Positions 20,038 through 30,185 are shown, counted from the first letter of the stretch. The stretch: 64,000 nt of DNA from Myxococcales bacterium (GCA_047601445.1 JASGJH010000001.1:736001-800000); one strand, 5' to 3'. Notes: a model not told the origin generated them from the letters alone. Made by a program: numbers and translations.

Positions 20038-20346
20038 ATGCATAAAGCGTGCATCGGTCTGCTGGCCATGATCACGGCCTGCCTGAGCGCATCGGGCTGT
20101 GTGGCCTCTTCGGCAGCGGTTCAATCCACCAGGGCTGCACGCGCGGTGGAGCATGCGCGGCGCTCCCATGCGGGAGACCAGGCGCCCTACGAGTTCACCC
20201 TGGCTGAAGCCTACTTGAACAAGGCGCGCGAAGAGACCGCCGAGGCGGCGTACCAAGACGCCAATCGGCTCGCGCGGCAGTCTCAGGACAACGCAGCCAA
20301 GGCCATCGAGCGTTCCAGGCAAGTGCGTACCACGGGGGGACAGTAA
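20038..20346 (+). CDS. DUF4398-like helical lipoprotein
   Basis: Lipobox SASGC; APYEFTLAEAYLNKAREE...Y..A..LA pattern; precedes OmpA gene. Confidence 0.75.
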   Translation: MHKACIGLLAMITACLSASGCVASSAAVQSTRAARAVEHARRSHAGDQAPYEFTLAEAYLNKAREETAEAAYQDANRLARQSQDNAAKAIERSRQVRTTGGQ

Positions 20347-20351
20347 CCGAG

Positions 20352-21512
20352 ATGGCCTCGCTTCGTTACCCCGCTCGCGCGCCCGAGGGCGCGCTTCGAC
20401 TCGCTCTCAAGCGGGCTCGGCTGCTCGGGCCGGCCGCGTCTCTGGTTTTCAGCGCGAGCCTCACTGCATGCACCGAGGCAAACGTGCTGCAGGGCCATAT
20501 CGACGGCCTACGCGAGATCGCGCAGCAGGCGGCGCAGAACGGCGCCATGAACTGCGCGCCGCAGGAGCTCGCGCTGGCCGAGGCCAACCTCGAGTTCGCG
20601 GACCTGGAGCTCGCGCAGGGCGATCAGGGGCGTGCCAAGGAGCACCTGGTACTGGCGGAGACCAATGCCAACGCCGCGCTGCGTTTGAGCCCGAAGGACC
20701 GCTGCACCGGTCAACCGGTGGCAGATGATCGCGACCGCGACGGCATCCTCGATCCCGAGGACAAGTGCCCGGATGTTCCCGAGGACCGCGACGGCATCGA
20801 GGACCTCGACGGCTGCCCCGAGGACCAGGACACTGACGGCGACAACTTCGCTGACTCGATCGACCTGTGCGTGGCCGAGCCCGAGGATATCGACGGCTAT
20901 TTGGATACCGATGGCTGCCCGGATCACGACAACGACGCCGACTTGGTGCTGGACGGGAACGACAAGTGCCCGCTCGCACCCGAGGATCCCGACGGCTTCG
21001 AGGACACCGACGGTTGCCCCGACGAGGACAACGATCTCGACGGCTTCGCCGACAAGGCCGACCAGTGCCCAAACGAGGTGGGTCCGGAGAGCGAGCGCGG
21101 CTGCCCGAAGGTCTACAAGGACGTGGTCGTCACCGACAGCCAGGTGGTGATCAAGCAGCAGGTCCACTTCGAGACCAACAAGGCCAAGATCAAGCCCGAG
21201 TCCTTCGACTTGCTCGACACCGTGGCCCAGGCGCTGCGCGACTTCCCCGCCATCCGCGTGGAAGTGCAGGGACACACCGATTCGGTGGGCCCCGACAAGA
21301 AGAACCTCAAGCTCTCGCAGCAACGCGCAGATTCGGTGCGAGAGTACTTGATCGGCCGCGGCATCGAGCCCTACCGCATGACAGCGATGGGGTACGGTGA
21401 GTCGCGTCCCATCGAACCCAACACGACGGCCTCGGGTCGCGCGGCCAACCGCCGCGTCGAGTTCCGGCGCACGGATGAGGGCTCACGAAATTCCCCCGCT
21501 CAAGCACCGTGA
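20352..21512 (+). CDS. OmpA-family lipoprotein with helical domain and thrombospondin type-3-like Ca-binding repeats
   Basis: Lipobox LTAC; repeated D.DGD...D..D.CP..PED.DG..D.DGCP; VHFETNKA, VEVQGHTD, LSQQRADSV, GYGESRP, NRRVEF. Confidence 0.9.
   Translation: MASLRYPARAPEGALRLALKRARLLGPAASLVFSASLTACTEANVLQGHIDGLREIAQQAAQNGAMNCAPQELALAEANLEFADLELAQGDQGRAKEHLVLAETNANAALRLSPKDRCTGQPVADDRDRDGILDPEDKCPDVPEDRDGIEDLDGCPEDQDTDGDNFADSIDLCVAEPEDIDGYLDTDGCPDHDNDADLVLDGNDKCPLAPEDPDGFEDTDGCPDEDNDLDGFADKADQCPNEVGPESERGCPKVYKDVVVTDSQVVIKQQVHFETNKAKIKPESFDLLDTVAQALRDFPAIRVEVQGHTDSVGPDKKNLKLSQQRADSVREYLIGRGIEPYRMTAMGYGESRPIEPNTTASGRAANRRVEFRRTDEGSRNSPAQAP
20373..20400 (+). repeat. 28-nt palindromic REP-like element, copy 1
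   Basis: GCTCGCGCGCCCGAGGGCGCGCTTCGAC, identical to 40390..40417. Confidence 0.8.
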
Positions 21513-21566
21513 GTTAACCCAACGCGGTGCGCGGCGAACGGCGCGCCACCGGAGTACGAGACACCT

Positions 21567-23219
21567 ATGCGTCGACTGAAGCTTATCTTCGCCCTTGTTT
21601 TACTCACCTCCTCCAGCGTCGTGGCCGAGGCTCAGGCCAACCCACGACAGCTCGCCGACGCCAATCGCGCGGCGATGGATGCCTACAACAACCTCGAGAT
21701 CGAGGTCGCCAAGGAGACCTTGGAGAAGGCTATCGCGGGGGCCGAGAGCAACGGGCTCACCGGCAGCGGGTTGGCGCGCACCTACGCGAACCTCGGCGTC
21801 GTGTTGGTCGGCGGTCTGAGTGATTCTGCGGCGGCGCTCGATGCCTTCATCCGCGCGCTCCAGGAAGACGGCTCGGTCGAGCCGGATCCGCTGGTGTCGA
21901 CGCCCGAGGTGCTGCAGGTGTTCGCGCAGGCCAAGCGCAAGGCGGGGCAGGGTGGCGGCAAGCGCAGCAAGCCCACGCCGGCCCCAGCGCCTGCACCCGT
22001 GGCCGTCGAGGGAGACCTCGAGCACGTGCCGGCGGGCGAACAGCTCAAGAACACCGATCTGCCCGTGTATGTGGCGGCCTCGAACCCCGAGATCGCCAGC
22101 ATGAAGATCTTCTACCGCTCGGTGGGCATGCCCAAGCCCAAGTCGGCTGCGATGGTCCAGGCGACCGACGGTTTCACCTATCTGATCCCGTGCGCCGACG
22201 TGTTCGAGCCGAACGTCGAGTACTTCATCGTGGCGTTCGACGCAGCAGGCGAGAAGATCGGCACCGCGGGCAGCCCCGAGAATCCGGTGTCCGTGCCGGT
22301 GGTGGCCGTGCGTAGTCAGCCGGCGCCGTCCCTGCCCGGCGAGGTTCCGCCGAGTCAGTGCGGCGGCGGTGAGGAAGCCGCCGCGGTGTCGACGACCAGC
22401 GTGGCGGCCATGGGGCACGAAGGTTCCCTGGGCGATACCTGCACGAGCGATAGTCAGTGCGGCGAGGGCCTGGTCTGCTTCGACAACTTCTGCGCGATGG
22501 GCGAGCGCAAGAAGGACGACGATGACGATGACGATGAGAGCGACGGCGACGCTGCCCGCTTCTACATCGACCTCGGCGCCGGCGTGGCGCTCGTGATGGT
22601 GAGCAACAATTCCGCTGCCGACACGAACCCGCCCGAAGGCGTGGCGCGCGACGCCAGCAACGCCGCCGGCGCCCAGAGCGGCGAGCAGAAGATCCAGACG
22701 GCCACCGACTACGCGTCGGCGCAGGGCTGGAACTGCAAGGTGCAAGAGGTGTCGGGCGGCAGCCTGTCCTTCTCGAACTGCAAGACCACGGTGGCGGCAG
22801 CGGGCTTCGTCGGCGTGCCTGTCCTGAACGGCAACGTCGGGTACATCATCAGCGACCGCTTCGCGCTGGAGGGGCAGCTGCGCATCCCGCTCAAGCACGG
22901 CTCGCGCTCGATGAGCGCGTTCGGCATCGGCGCGCGCGCGGAGATTTTGCTCACTGAACTGCAGGAGACGGGCTTCCATGCCGGTCTGCTCGGCGGTGTC
23001 TTGATCGGCACCGTGTCTGCTCAGGCGCCGGCCGCCAAGGCGGCCACGGTGAAGGGACCCTACGCAACTTCGGGACCGTTCGGTCTGCAGCTCGGTATGC
23101 GCCTCGGCTACCAGTTCGCGCGCAACGTGGGCTTCATGGTCACGCCGGTGGCGGACCTGATGTTCGGCGACTTCCTGTTCGCGCTCGACCTCACCGGCAA
23201 CCTGCGCATCGCGTTCTGA
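21567..23219 (+). CDS. Secreted/outer-membrane protein: TPR, Ig-like segment, Cys-rich motif, poly-Asp linker, probable C-terminal beta-barrel
   Basis: Signal peptide AEA-Q; ARTYANLG..A..AF..AL TPR; CTSDSQCGEGLVCFDNFC; DDDDDDDE; alternating strands ending LRIAF. Confidence 0.7.
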   Translation: MRRLKLIFALVLLTSSSVVAEAQANPRQLADANRAAMDAYNNLEIEVAKETLEKAIAGAESNGLTGSGLARTYANLGVVLVGGLSDSAAALDAFIRALQEDGSVEPDPLVSTPEVLQVFAQAKRKAGQGGGKRSKPTPAPAPAPVAVEGDLEHVPAGEQLKNTDLPVYVAASNPEIASMKIFYRSVGMPKPKSAAMVQATDGFTYLIPCADVFEPNVEYFIVAFDAAGEKIGTAGSPENPVSVPVVAVRSQPAPSLPGEVPPSQCGGGEEAAAVSTTSVAAMGHEGSLGDTCTSDSQCGEGLVCFDNFCAMGERKKDDDDDDDESDGDAARFYIDLGAGVALVMVSNNSAADTNPPEGVARDASNAAGAQSGEQKIQTATDYASAQGWNCKVQEVSGGSLSFSNCKTTVAAAGFVGVPVLNGNVGYIISDRFALEGQLRIPLKHGSRSMSAFGIGARAEILLTELQETGFHAGLLGGVLIGTVSAQAPAAKAATVKGPYATSGPFGLQLGMRLGYQFARNVGFMVTPVADLMFGDFLFALDLTGNLRIAF

Positions 23220-23221
23220 AC

Positions 23222-23282
23222 CGCGTAGGCGCGGGCGAGCTCGTGCCCGCGCTTCCCGCTTGGTGGGCTCGCCCGCTACGCG
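23222..23282. repeat. Inverted pair of GTAG-type REP-like palindromes between convergent genes
   Basis: CGCGTAGGCGCGGGCGAGC ... GCTCGCCCGCTACGCG. Confidence 0.55.
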
Positions 23283-23324
23283 TGCGACGCGGGCGCGCCC
23301 TCGCCCTCGCCCTCGGACGCGACT

Positions 23325-26300
23325 TCAGCTCGTGCGGCGCCGTACGCGCAGGGCGGCTTCGCCAACCCAGAAGCGATACAAGTCGCCCGTGGTCTCCTCG
23401 CTGCGATCGGTGGCTCCGGTGTCGCGGCTGCGGGCCAGGCAATCCAGGGCTGCGCTCAGGTCGTCGCAAAGCAACGCCGCGGCGCGCGTGGCTTCGCGCT
23501 CGCGACTTTCAACCCAGGGCACCAGGTCCATGCCGCCCATCGCCGCATAGCGCTGGGCCGTGTCCTCCACGAGCTTGCGCGTGCGGCGCGACAGCGCCTT
23601 GTAGAGGCGCTTGCCCTGATCATCGAGGATCTCCTCGCTGGTCAAGCCGGTGCCAAAGCTCGGCACTTGGTTGCGAGTGTAGGCGGCGAACACGACGTCG
23701 AGCTCCCGCGGCGTGAGCTTGAGGATGGGATGACACTTGCGTGCGCAAAGGATGAGCATGCGCGCCAGCATGAACACCTGCTGCGACTCGCCTTGCTCGA
23801 GGATCCAGGCGGGCACCAGGAGCAGCGGTACTCCGTCTAGCTCGATGCCAGGCCCACGCCCGCGGGTGCGGTGGACGTAGAGCTCGTACTCCTGGACGCC
23901 GACCAGCGCTGCGATGCGGTCGGAGAGGATGCGCAGCGCGTGTCCCGCCCGCGCGCTCAAGCGATCGCGCGACGACACGCCGTAGCCGGAGAGATCGGGC
24001 GGGTAGAGCTTGTCGAGGCCCTCCCCGAGATAGGCGAGGTACTCGGCTGCGATGCCCATGGGCATCAGATCGGTGGCGAGTTCGTCGACCGTGTTACCTG
24101 CCCACGAACCGGGCTCGCTGGGCAGCGGGCCGGGCCTCGGGCCGTCGACGCCGCGCGGGCCGTAGCCCATCAAACGCAGGACTTCCTTGGCGCGGGCCTT
24201 GGCGTCCTCCTGCCCCAGGCTGCCGAACGTGTCGGCCAGGTCGCGCCAGGTGGAGGCGCGCTCGGAATCGAGCAAGAGCAACCCGCGTAGCTCCTTGACG
24301 CAAGCTTCGGCGGCGCCGGTCTCACGCAGCAAAGCGGCGTACTGCGTGCGCAGGGTGAGGCTGTTTGGTTGCTTGGTGATGGCGTCGCGTAAGGTCTCGA
24401 TGGCCTGGCTTGGGGCACCGATTTCGCGCGCCTGAACCCGCGCGAGCTCGAGGTAGATCTCACTCGATACGGCCCGCCCGTCGGCGAAGCTCTGCACGTG
24501 CTTGCGCAGGGCGCGCTCGTAGTCGGCGTGGCTCACACCAGCTTGCGCGCCGATGGCCTCGCGCATGGCTGCGCCTGCGCCCCCCAATGGACCGTCGAGC
24601 GCGACGGCTTCGGACATGGCGCGCACCAGGCCGGCGTGGTCGCCACGCCGCTGCTCCACGCGCGCCAGGTGAAGAAGCGCAGCCACCCGGTTTTCAGGGC
24701 GATCGGCCAGTTCCACCAGCCGATGGGCCACGGTGAGCGCTTCGGCGTGTTGGGACTCCCGCGACAGCAGGTCCGACAGCCGATGCAGCAAGTTGGTGTC
24801 GTTCGCACTGAGCTTGACCGCAGCGCGCAGCTGGGCGATGGCCAGCGCGGGTTTGTTGAGCTGTTCTTCGTAGAGCAGCGCGAGCTCGGTGTGGGCGTGC
24901 AAGGCAAGCGAGGAGTCCACGCCGCGTGCAGAGGGGCGCGCGCAGAATTCCGTGATGCGTGCGAGCAGCGCGGCGGCCTGGCTGAACTGGCCGTCACGCT
25001 TGAGCACGCGAGCGAGGTCGCTCATCACATGGGCATCGTCGGGGGCCAGGCGCATCGCGCGCTCGAGCGCCCCGATGGCGCCCGCAAGGTTGTTCTGGGT
25101 GTCTCCGTAGAGCGCGGCGACTTGGCGCCAGATGGCCGAGGCGCGCTGCTTGTCGCCGGAGGAGTTGGCCGCGCGTGCCAGGAGCTCCGTGAGTCGGTCG
25201 ATGTCGCCCGTGCGCGCCAGGCACGCGCGGAGCTCGCGCGCAGCGGCGGTGCTCTCAGGGTCGAGCTCGAGGGCCTGCTCGAGCGCATGGGCTGCGTTGT
25301 CGTCGTCCTGGGTGGCGCGCGCGGCGCGCACGTAGAGGGCCGCCGCTGTCTTGCGGTCGTTCAGCACGGTGGCTTCGCGCTCCGCGGCCTCGAGCAAGAC
25401 TTCGTACTCGTTGTTGTGCAGCGCGAGGCGCGACAACCCACGTGCCGCGGCCAAGTTCTCGGGATCGATGTCGAGGGCGTTGCGATAGAGGGGCAGGGCG
25501 CTCTCGGGATCGCTCGCCTCGAGGGACTCGCCGAGGCGCGTGAGATGCGAGGCGCGCAGCGCGCGATCGCGGGAGACGTTGGCGATGCGCTGATCGACCA
25601 GGCTGAGCAGTGAAGCCTCACGCTGCTCCAGGGCGAGCAGTTCGAGCGCCCCGAGGGCCTCGAGGTCGTGCGGGGAGAGCACCAGGATTTCCTGGTAGGC
25701 ACGCAGGGGCGTAAAGGTGCCTTCTGCGCGTCCTCCGAGGCGCGCTAGCTCGCGCAGCGCGGCGGTGCGCGAGTTCGGATCCGTGAGCACGCGCGCCGAG
25801 GTCGCGAGCACGCCCGCCAGCTCCTGCCACTGGTTGGTCTTGCGATACAGCGACTCGAGCGCCAGCAGCGCGCCGTGGTGCGAAGCCTCGATGGTGCGCA
25901 CCTCTTCGAAGCACGCGATGGCACGACGCAGGTCGCGCTGGTGGTCGCGCAGGACCTCCCCGAGCTGCATCAAGAGCGCGATGCGATGGGCGGGATCGCT
26001 CGCCAGGTCGACCGCACGGGCCAGGTCTTCTCCGAGTTTGCTGTGTTCTCCGCGGGCGGACCGCAGGCGGATGCGCCCCGTGAGCGCCAGGAGCTGATTT
26101 TCGTCCTCTTGGAGGGCCTTGTCGTAGGAGTCAATGGCCGCCTCGGGCTTCAAGAGGCGGTATTCGTAGACCTCACCGACCCGCAGGTGGATGGTGGCCC
26201 GCTCCTCGCGCGTCGCGTGGTTCTTGAGATCGCGCAGCAGGACCTCGATGAGCTCCTCCCAGCGGCTGTGTTCGCGCAGTTTGCGGGCCAGGGCGCGCAA

Positions 26301-28682
26301 CGCGGTGCTGGAGGTCGGGTCCAGCGTGACGGCACGGCGATAGAGCTCGGTGGCTTCCTGGTGCGAGCCGAGGCGATTCTCGGCCAGTTCGGCCATCTTG
26401 AAGAGCAGCTGCGCGGCGCGCGGCGTGTCGCCGAGCACCGTGAGCTCCGCCTGGTAGAGCGCCAGCAAATCCTCCCAGCGCCCCGCCTGATAGTAGATGC
26501 GGCCGAGGGTGGTCAGCGCGGGCACGTAGCAGGAGTCGAGGGCGACGACCTTCTTGAGCATCGCCATCGCTGCGTCGCGCTCGTTCAGATGCTCGTCGAG
26601 CACCTCGGCGGCTCGGTGCAGGAGCGCTACGCGCTGCGAGCGGTCGGCCGTGAGCTCGGCCTCGCGCACCAAGGCATCGGACAAGTCAGAGTAGCGCTCG
26701 GCGGCCTCGGCGGCACGCTGCAGGGCGTGGAGCGAGCCGAGGTGCTTGGGATCGCGCTTGAGCACACGCCGGTAGGCGTGCATGGCCTGGGTGGGATCTT
26801 CCAGCTGATCTTCGTAGAGACTTCCCACTTTGATCAGGTACGTGATGGCCAGCTCGCCCTCGACCCGCTCTACCGCGCGCTCGTACAGCTCGATGAGCTC
26901 GCGGTAGCGCTTGGTCTGCGAGAACAGGCGAGTCAGCGCCTTAAACGAGGGGGCATAGATGGCCACAGCCGAGAGCGCTCGCGTGTGATGCTCGAGCGCG
27001 CCGTCGACATCATCGAGCCGCTTCTCGAGAATCTCCGCCACCCGCGCGTGGCTCGCGGCGCGCCGCGCCACGTCCGTGGTCGCCGCGCCTTCGGCCAGGT
27101 GCATGGCCATCAGTTCGTCCCAGCGCCCGCGCGCGGCGTAGTAGTTCCCGAGCGCCTGCAGCGCGGGCACGTAGCAGGGGTCTACGTGGAGCGAGCGGGC
27201 GAACCAGCGCTGCGCCGTGTCCGGGTCGTTCAGGTGCTCGTCGTGGATCTGGCCGATCCGATGCAACAAGCCCGCACGGTCCGGCACCGCGCCCAGGGCC
27301 TCGGCCAGCTCCGAGAGTACGAGCGCGAGCCCAGTGTAGTCGCGCGCGGCCTCCTTGAGCTGGACCAGTTCCTCGAGCAACAGTCGGTCACGCGGCGCGA
27401 ACGCCAGCGCCGCCTCCAGCGCCTGGATGGCGTCGGGCCGATTGCCGAGCTTGTCCGCCTGCAGCCGCGCCACCCCGTGGAGCGCCGCCAAGCGAAGCGT
27501 CTGGTCCGAGCTGCGCGCGGCCTCCAGTTCGAGCATCCGGATCAGATCCCGATGACGACCACGGCCGTAGTAGAGACGCTTGAGCGCCTCGAGCGCATCC
27601 TGGGAGTCCGGGTCGATCTCGAGGGCGGTCTCGTACTGCGCGATGGATCCCTCGACGTCCTTGAGGCGCGTCTCGAGGAGCTGTGCGCGCTGGACCAGCA
27701 GCGCGGCGCGTTGCTTGGTATCTGCCTCGAGCGCATTGGCCTGGCGCGCCAGGGTTTGCGCGAGGTCGGGCCAGGCTTCGCTCAGGAACTCGCACTGCTC
27801 GAGCGCCTTCAAGACCACCGTGTCGGAGGGCGCCAGTGCCAGCGCGGTGCTGTACACGCGATGGGCCTCCTGTCGCAGCGCGAGACCGTCCTCGAGCAAG
27901 CGCCCCTTGGCGTAGAGCAGTCGCGCCTTGTGCTGCGGATCAGGCGTGAGCCGCGCCTCGGCGTCGTAGAGATCGGCGGCCTGCCGCAGGCTTCGGCGCG
28001 CGATCAGGCCACGCCGCAGACCTCGGATGGTCGGCAGGTGGTCGGGCGCCCGCTCGAGCGCCTGCTGATAGTGCGAGACGGCCTTCTTGGCGTCGCCCAG
28101 TGGATGCTCCCAGAGCCGCGCCAGCTCGTAGTGGAGGCGGGCTGCGCGCTGAGGCGTGGGCTGCTCTCCGAGGAGCGCTTCGCAGCGTGCGATCAGCGCC
28201 CGAGCCTGGTCTTCGGGGGAGCTCGCGGGTGCCTGGGCGGCCGCCGGAGGTTCGTCCGGGAGCAAGAGCTCCATCGTGGCGTCGGGTTCCTCCGCCGCGG
28301 GTGGGGGACACGTCACGGCCTCGGCCGACGCGAGCTTGCGTGGGTCGATGGCCCGCGGGCTCGACTCGCGCTCCGGGCTGACGTTGTTGGACGGCGCGAC
28401 CGACTTGTTGCTGATCACCACGGCGGCCGCGCTCTGACGCGGGAAGCTCGGCAAGCGCGGGGGCGGCAGCGCTCCCCCGGGCAGGCTCGGCCGATTCTTG
28501 GGCGGCAGGGGCGGCGGGCGAGACGATGGACGCTCGGGGCTGGCGGAGCTGACCGAGTGCTCGGCCGACGGCGGCTCCGTGAAGGTCACGAGGATATCGT
28601 TCGAGCCAATTTCGTCGTCGCCCTCGGTTGCGTCGTGAGGCTTGGTGCTCACGGGGTCCACGGGGCGTCCATCGGGCGTCAT
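23325..28682 (-). CDS. Giant TPR-repeat protein (1785 aa) with Pro-rich N-terminus, myxobacterial AgmK/GltI-like architecture
   Basis: Many repeats of type A...Y..AL..DP....AL..L..LY....W..L; GC3-biased uninterrupted frame. Confidence 0.85.
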   Translation of the reverse strand: MTPDGRPVDPVSTKPHDATEGDDEIGSNDILVTFTEPPSAEHSVSSASPERPSSRPPPLPPKNRPSLPGGALPPPRLPSFPRQSAAAVVISNKSVAPSNNVSPERESSPRAIDPRKLASAEAVTCPPPAAEEPDATMELLLPDEPPAAAQAPASSPEDQARALIARCEALLGEQPTPQRAARLHYELARLWEHPLGDAKKAVSHYQQALERAPDHLPTIRGLRRGLIARRSLRQAADLYDAEARLTPDPQHKARLLYAKGRLLEDGLALRQEAHRVYSTALALAPSDTVVLKALEQCEFLSEAWPDLAQTLARQANALEADTKQRAALLVQRAQLLETRLKDVEGSIAQYETALEIDPDSQDALEALKRLYYGRGRHRDLIRMLELEAARSSDQTLRLAALHGVARLQADKLGNRPDAIQALEAALAFAPRDRLLLEELVQLKEAARDYTGLALVLSELAEALGAVPDRAGLLHRIGQIHDEHLNDPDTAQRWFARSLHVDPCYVPALQALGNYYAARGRWDELMAMHLAEGAATTDVARRAASHARVAEILEKRLDDVDGALEHHTRALSAVAIYAPSFKALTRLFSQTKRYRELIELYERAVERVEGELAITYLIKVGSLYEDQLEDPTQAMHAYRRVLKRDPKHLGSLHALQRAAEAAERYSDLSDALVREAELTADRSQRVALLHRAAEVLDEHLNERDAAMAMLKKVVALDSCYVPALTTLGRIYYQAGRWEDLLALYQAELTVLGDTPRAAQLLFKMAELAENRLGSHQEATELYRRAVTLDPTSSTALRALARKLREHSRWEELIEVLLRDLKNHATREERATIHLRVGEVYEYRLLKPEAAIDSYDKALQEDENQLLALTGRIRLRSARGEHSKLGEDLARAVDLASDPAHRIALLMQLGEVLRDHQRDLRRAIACFEEVRTIEASHHGALLALESLYRKTNQWQELAGVLATSARVLTDPNSRTAALRELARLGGRAEGTFTPLRAYQEILVLSPHDLEALGALELLALEQREASLLSLVDQRIANVSRDRALRASHLTRLGESLEASDPESALPLYRNALDIDPENLAAARGLSRLALHNNEYEVLLEAAEREATVLNDRKTAAALYVRAARATQDDDNAAHALEQALELDPESTAAARELRACLARTGDIDRLTELLARAANSSGDKQRASAIWRQVAALYGDTQNNLAGAIGALERAMRLAPDDAHVMSDLARVLKRDGQFSQAAALLARITEFCARPSARGVDSSLALHAHTELALLYEEQLNKPALAIAQLRAAVKLSANDTNLLHRLSDLLSRESQHAEALTVAHRLVELADRPENRVAALLHLARVEQRRGDHAGLVRAMSEAVALDGPLGGAGAAMREAIGAQAGVSHADYERALRKHVQSFADGRAVSSEIYLELARVQAREIGAPSQAIETLRDAITKQPNSLTLRTQYAALLRETGAAEACVKELRGLLLLDSERASTWRDLADTFGSLGQEDAKARAKEVLRLMGYGPRGVDGPRPGPLPSEPGSWAGNTVDELATDLMPMGIAAEYLAYLGEGLDKLYPPDLSGYGVSSRDRLSARAGHALRILSDRIAALVGVQEYELYVHRTRGRGPGIELDGVPLLLVPAWILEQGESQQVFMLARMLILCARKCHPILKLTPRELDVVFAAYTRNQVPSFGTGLTSEEILDDQGKRLYKALSRRTRKLVEDTAQRYAAMGGMDLVPWVESREREATRAAALLCDDLSAALDCLARSRDTGATDRSEETTGDLYRFWVGEAALRVRRRTS

Positions 28683-28764
28683 GGTGACCCGAGTGTACCG
28701 GGGGTCCGCCAGTGATTGAAACCCGTGATTGCAGTCCCGAATCGGTTCGCCGGGACCCGAGACG

Positions 28765-28808
28765 AAAAAGGCGCCGGCCGGGTCACGAATGTGCCGAGCG
28801 GACGCCTT
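28765..28808 (-). terminator. Putative terminator after erpA
   Basis: Minus strand AAGGCG...CGCCTT-TTT imperfect hairpin. Confidence 0.45.
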
Positions 28809-28830
28809 GCAGGTGGAGCCTGGTTCGCGG

Positions 28831-29154
28831 TCAGGCGCTGAAGCTGGAGCCGCAGCCGCAGGTGGACTTCGCCTGCGGATTCAGGAACTTGAAGCCCGCG
28901 CCGTGCAGGCCCTCGACGTAGTCGATTTGGACGCCCTCGAGGTACTGGTGGCTGATCATGTCCACGAACAGCTTGATCCCCTCGGATTCATACTGCTCGT
29001 CCATGTCGTTGACCTCGTCCTCGAAGTAGAGGTCGTACTGGAACCCGGAACAGCCGCCTCCGATAACGCGCAGGCGCAGGCCCTGCTCCCCGAGGCTCTC
29101 GGTATCTCGGATCTCTTTCACCTTGGCGGCGGCTTTCTCAGTCAACGTGATCAT
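28831..29154 (-). CDS. erpA: A-type Fe-S carrier (HesB/IscA/ErpA family)
   Basis: ITLTEKAA, GGGCSGFQY, IDY, NP.AKSTCGCGSSF; subfamily assignment less certain than family. Confidence 0.88.
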   Translation of the reverse strand: MITLTEKAAAKVKEIRDTESLGEQGLRLRVIGGGCSGFQYDLYFEDEVNDMDEQYESEGIKLFVDMISHQYLEGVQIDYVEGLHGAGFKFLNPQAKSTCGCGSSFSA

Positions 29155-29207
29155 GGTCGGGTCTCTCCTAAAACTGGACCTCGCTGCGAACTATGGGCCC
29201 GTTCTGC

Positions 29208-30185
29208 TCAGCGAGCAACGATAGGGCACTCCTCCGTAGCGGACCCCACAATAGAGCGCACCACCCACTCCCGCTCACCCGCGCGGAGTAGCTTGCCCGT
29301 CTCGGCCAGGGGGCGCTTCACGTAGGCCAGCGCCACGGTCTTGTTGCCCACAGTCGCAGCCGTCCCCTGAGGCGTTACGGCGCTGCTCGTCAGGTCGCCC
29401 ACGCGCTTGCCCTCCGGGTCGTACGCCACCGTCTCCGTCACCAGCTCGAAGCTACCGGCTGTCTCGAGCTGCACCAGGCGTCGATTGAGCTGGCCGCGGT
29501 TCTCGAGCATGCAAATGACCTCTTGTCCGAGGTAGCAGCCCTTGTTGAACGAGACTGCCCGGCTCTTGAGCCCCGCCTCCTGTGGGTAGTTGTCCTCGCC
29601 GAAGTCCACGCCGCAGCGGGGTACGCCTGCGAGCACGTGGGCCTGTGCCCAGCTCGCGTCGTCTACCACGTCACCACCGACCGCGCGCGCAGCGCTCACC
29701 AGACGCTCGAGGGCTGCAGGCGACTCGGACTCCGCCACCCAGATATCGAAGCCCGCGCTTTCCAGACGACTCACCGGCAGGGCGCTCTCCGAGAAGCCCG
29801 CTGCGGCCACCACGCGTTCCGCCTCCGGGCCCTGCACCGTGAGGACGCGCTGCCCGGCGTCCAGGTCGAGCTCTACGTCTTCCATGATGATGTGCTTGTC
29901 GAAGGAGGTCGTGGCCAGCTCCACGCGGGCGCCCGGCAGGACCAAGGCGAGGTCGTCCCCACGCCGACAGACCCAACCGTCCGTGAGCACCCGACCCTTC
30001 ACGTTCACCGCGAGCACGTACACGGCCTTGCCCTTGTCGAGCTCCCGCAGGTCGTTGGTCACCTGACCGCTGAGCCAGCTCTGGGCGTCGTCGCCACGCA
30101 CATGCAGCACGCGGTCGGAGATCGCGTAGACCGCGGCGTGCCGAAAGGGTCCGAAGGGAAACAGTGCAGCGAAGGTCTGGCCCAT
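29208..30185 (-). CDS. ygfZ: YgfZ/GcvT-like folate-binding protein
   Basis: G.DA..WLSGQVTNDL; signature SFNKGCYLGQEV. Confidence 0.9.
   Translation of the reverse strand: MGQTFAALFPFGPFRHAAVYAISDRVLHVRGDDAQSWLSGQVTNDLRELDKGKAVYVLAVNVKGRVLTDGWVCRRGDDLALVLPGARVELATTSFDKHIIMEDVELDLDAGQRVLTVQGPEAERVVAAAGFSESALPVSRLESAGFDIWVAESESPAALERLVSAARAVGGDVVDDASWAQAHVLAGVPRCGVDFGEDNYPQEAGLKSRAVSFNKGCYLGQEVICMLENRGQLNRRLVQLETAGSFELVTETVAYDPEGKRVGDLTSSAVTPQGTAATVGNKTVALAYVKRPLAETGKLLRAGEREWVVRSIVGSATEECPIVAR

Noticed and set aside
20720..21110. Tandem DNA repeats resembling a CRISPR array (also 39230-39770)
   Set aside because: Degenerate protein-coding repeats (TSP3-like and Cys-rich); no constant repeat-spacer pattern or cas genes
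25875..28715. Long antisense/alternate-frame ORFs (e.g. 25875..28715 +, 12917..15199 -, 42104..44044 -, 58104..60074 +, 35794..37542 -)
   Set aside because: Shadows of GC3-biased real genes on the other strand; no motifs
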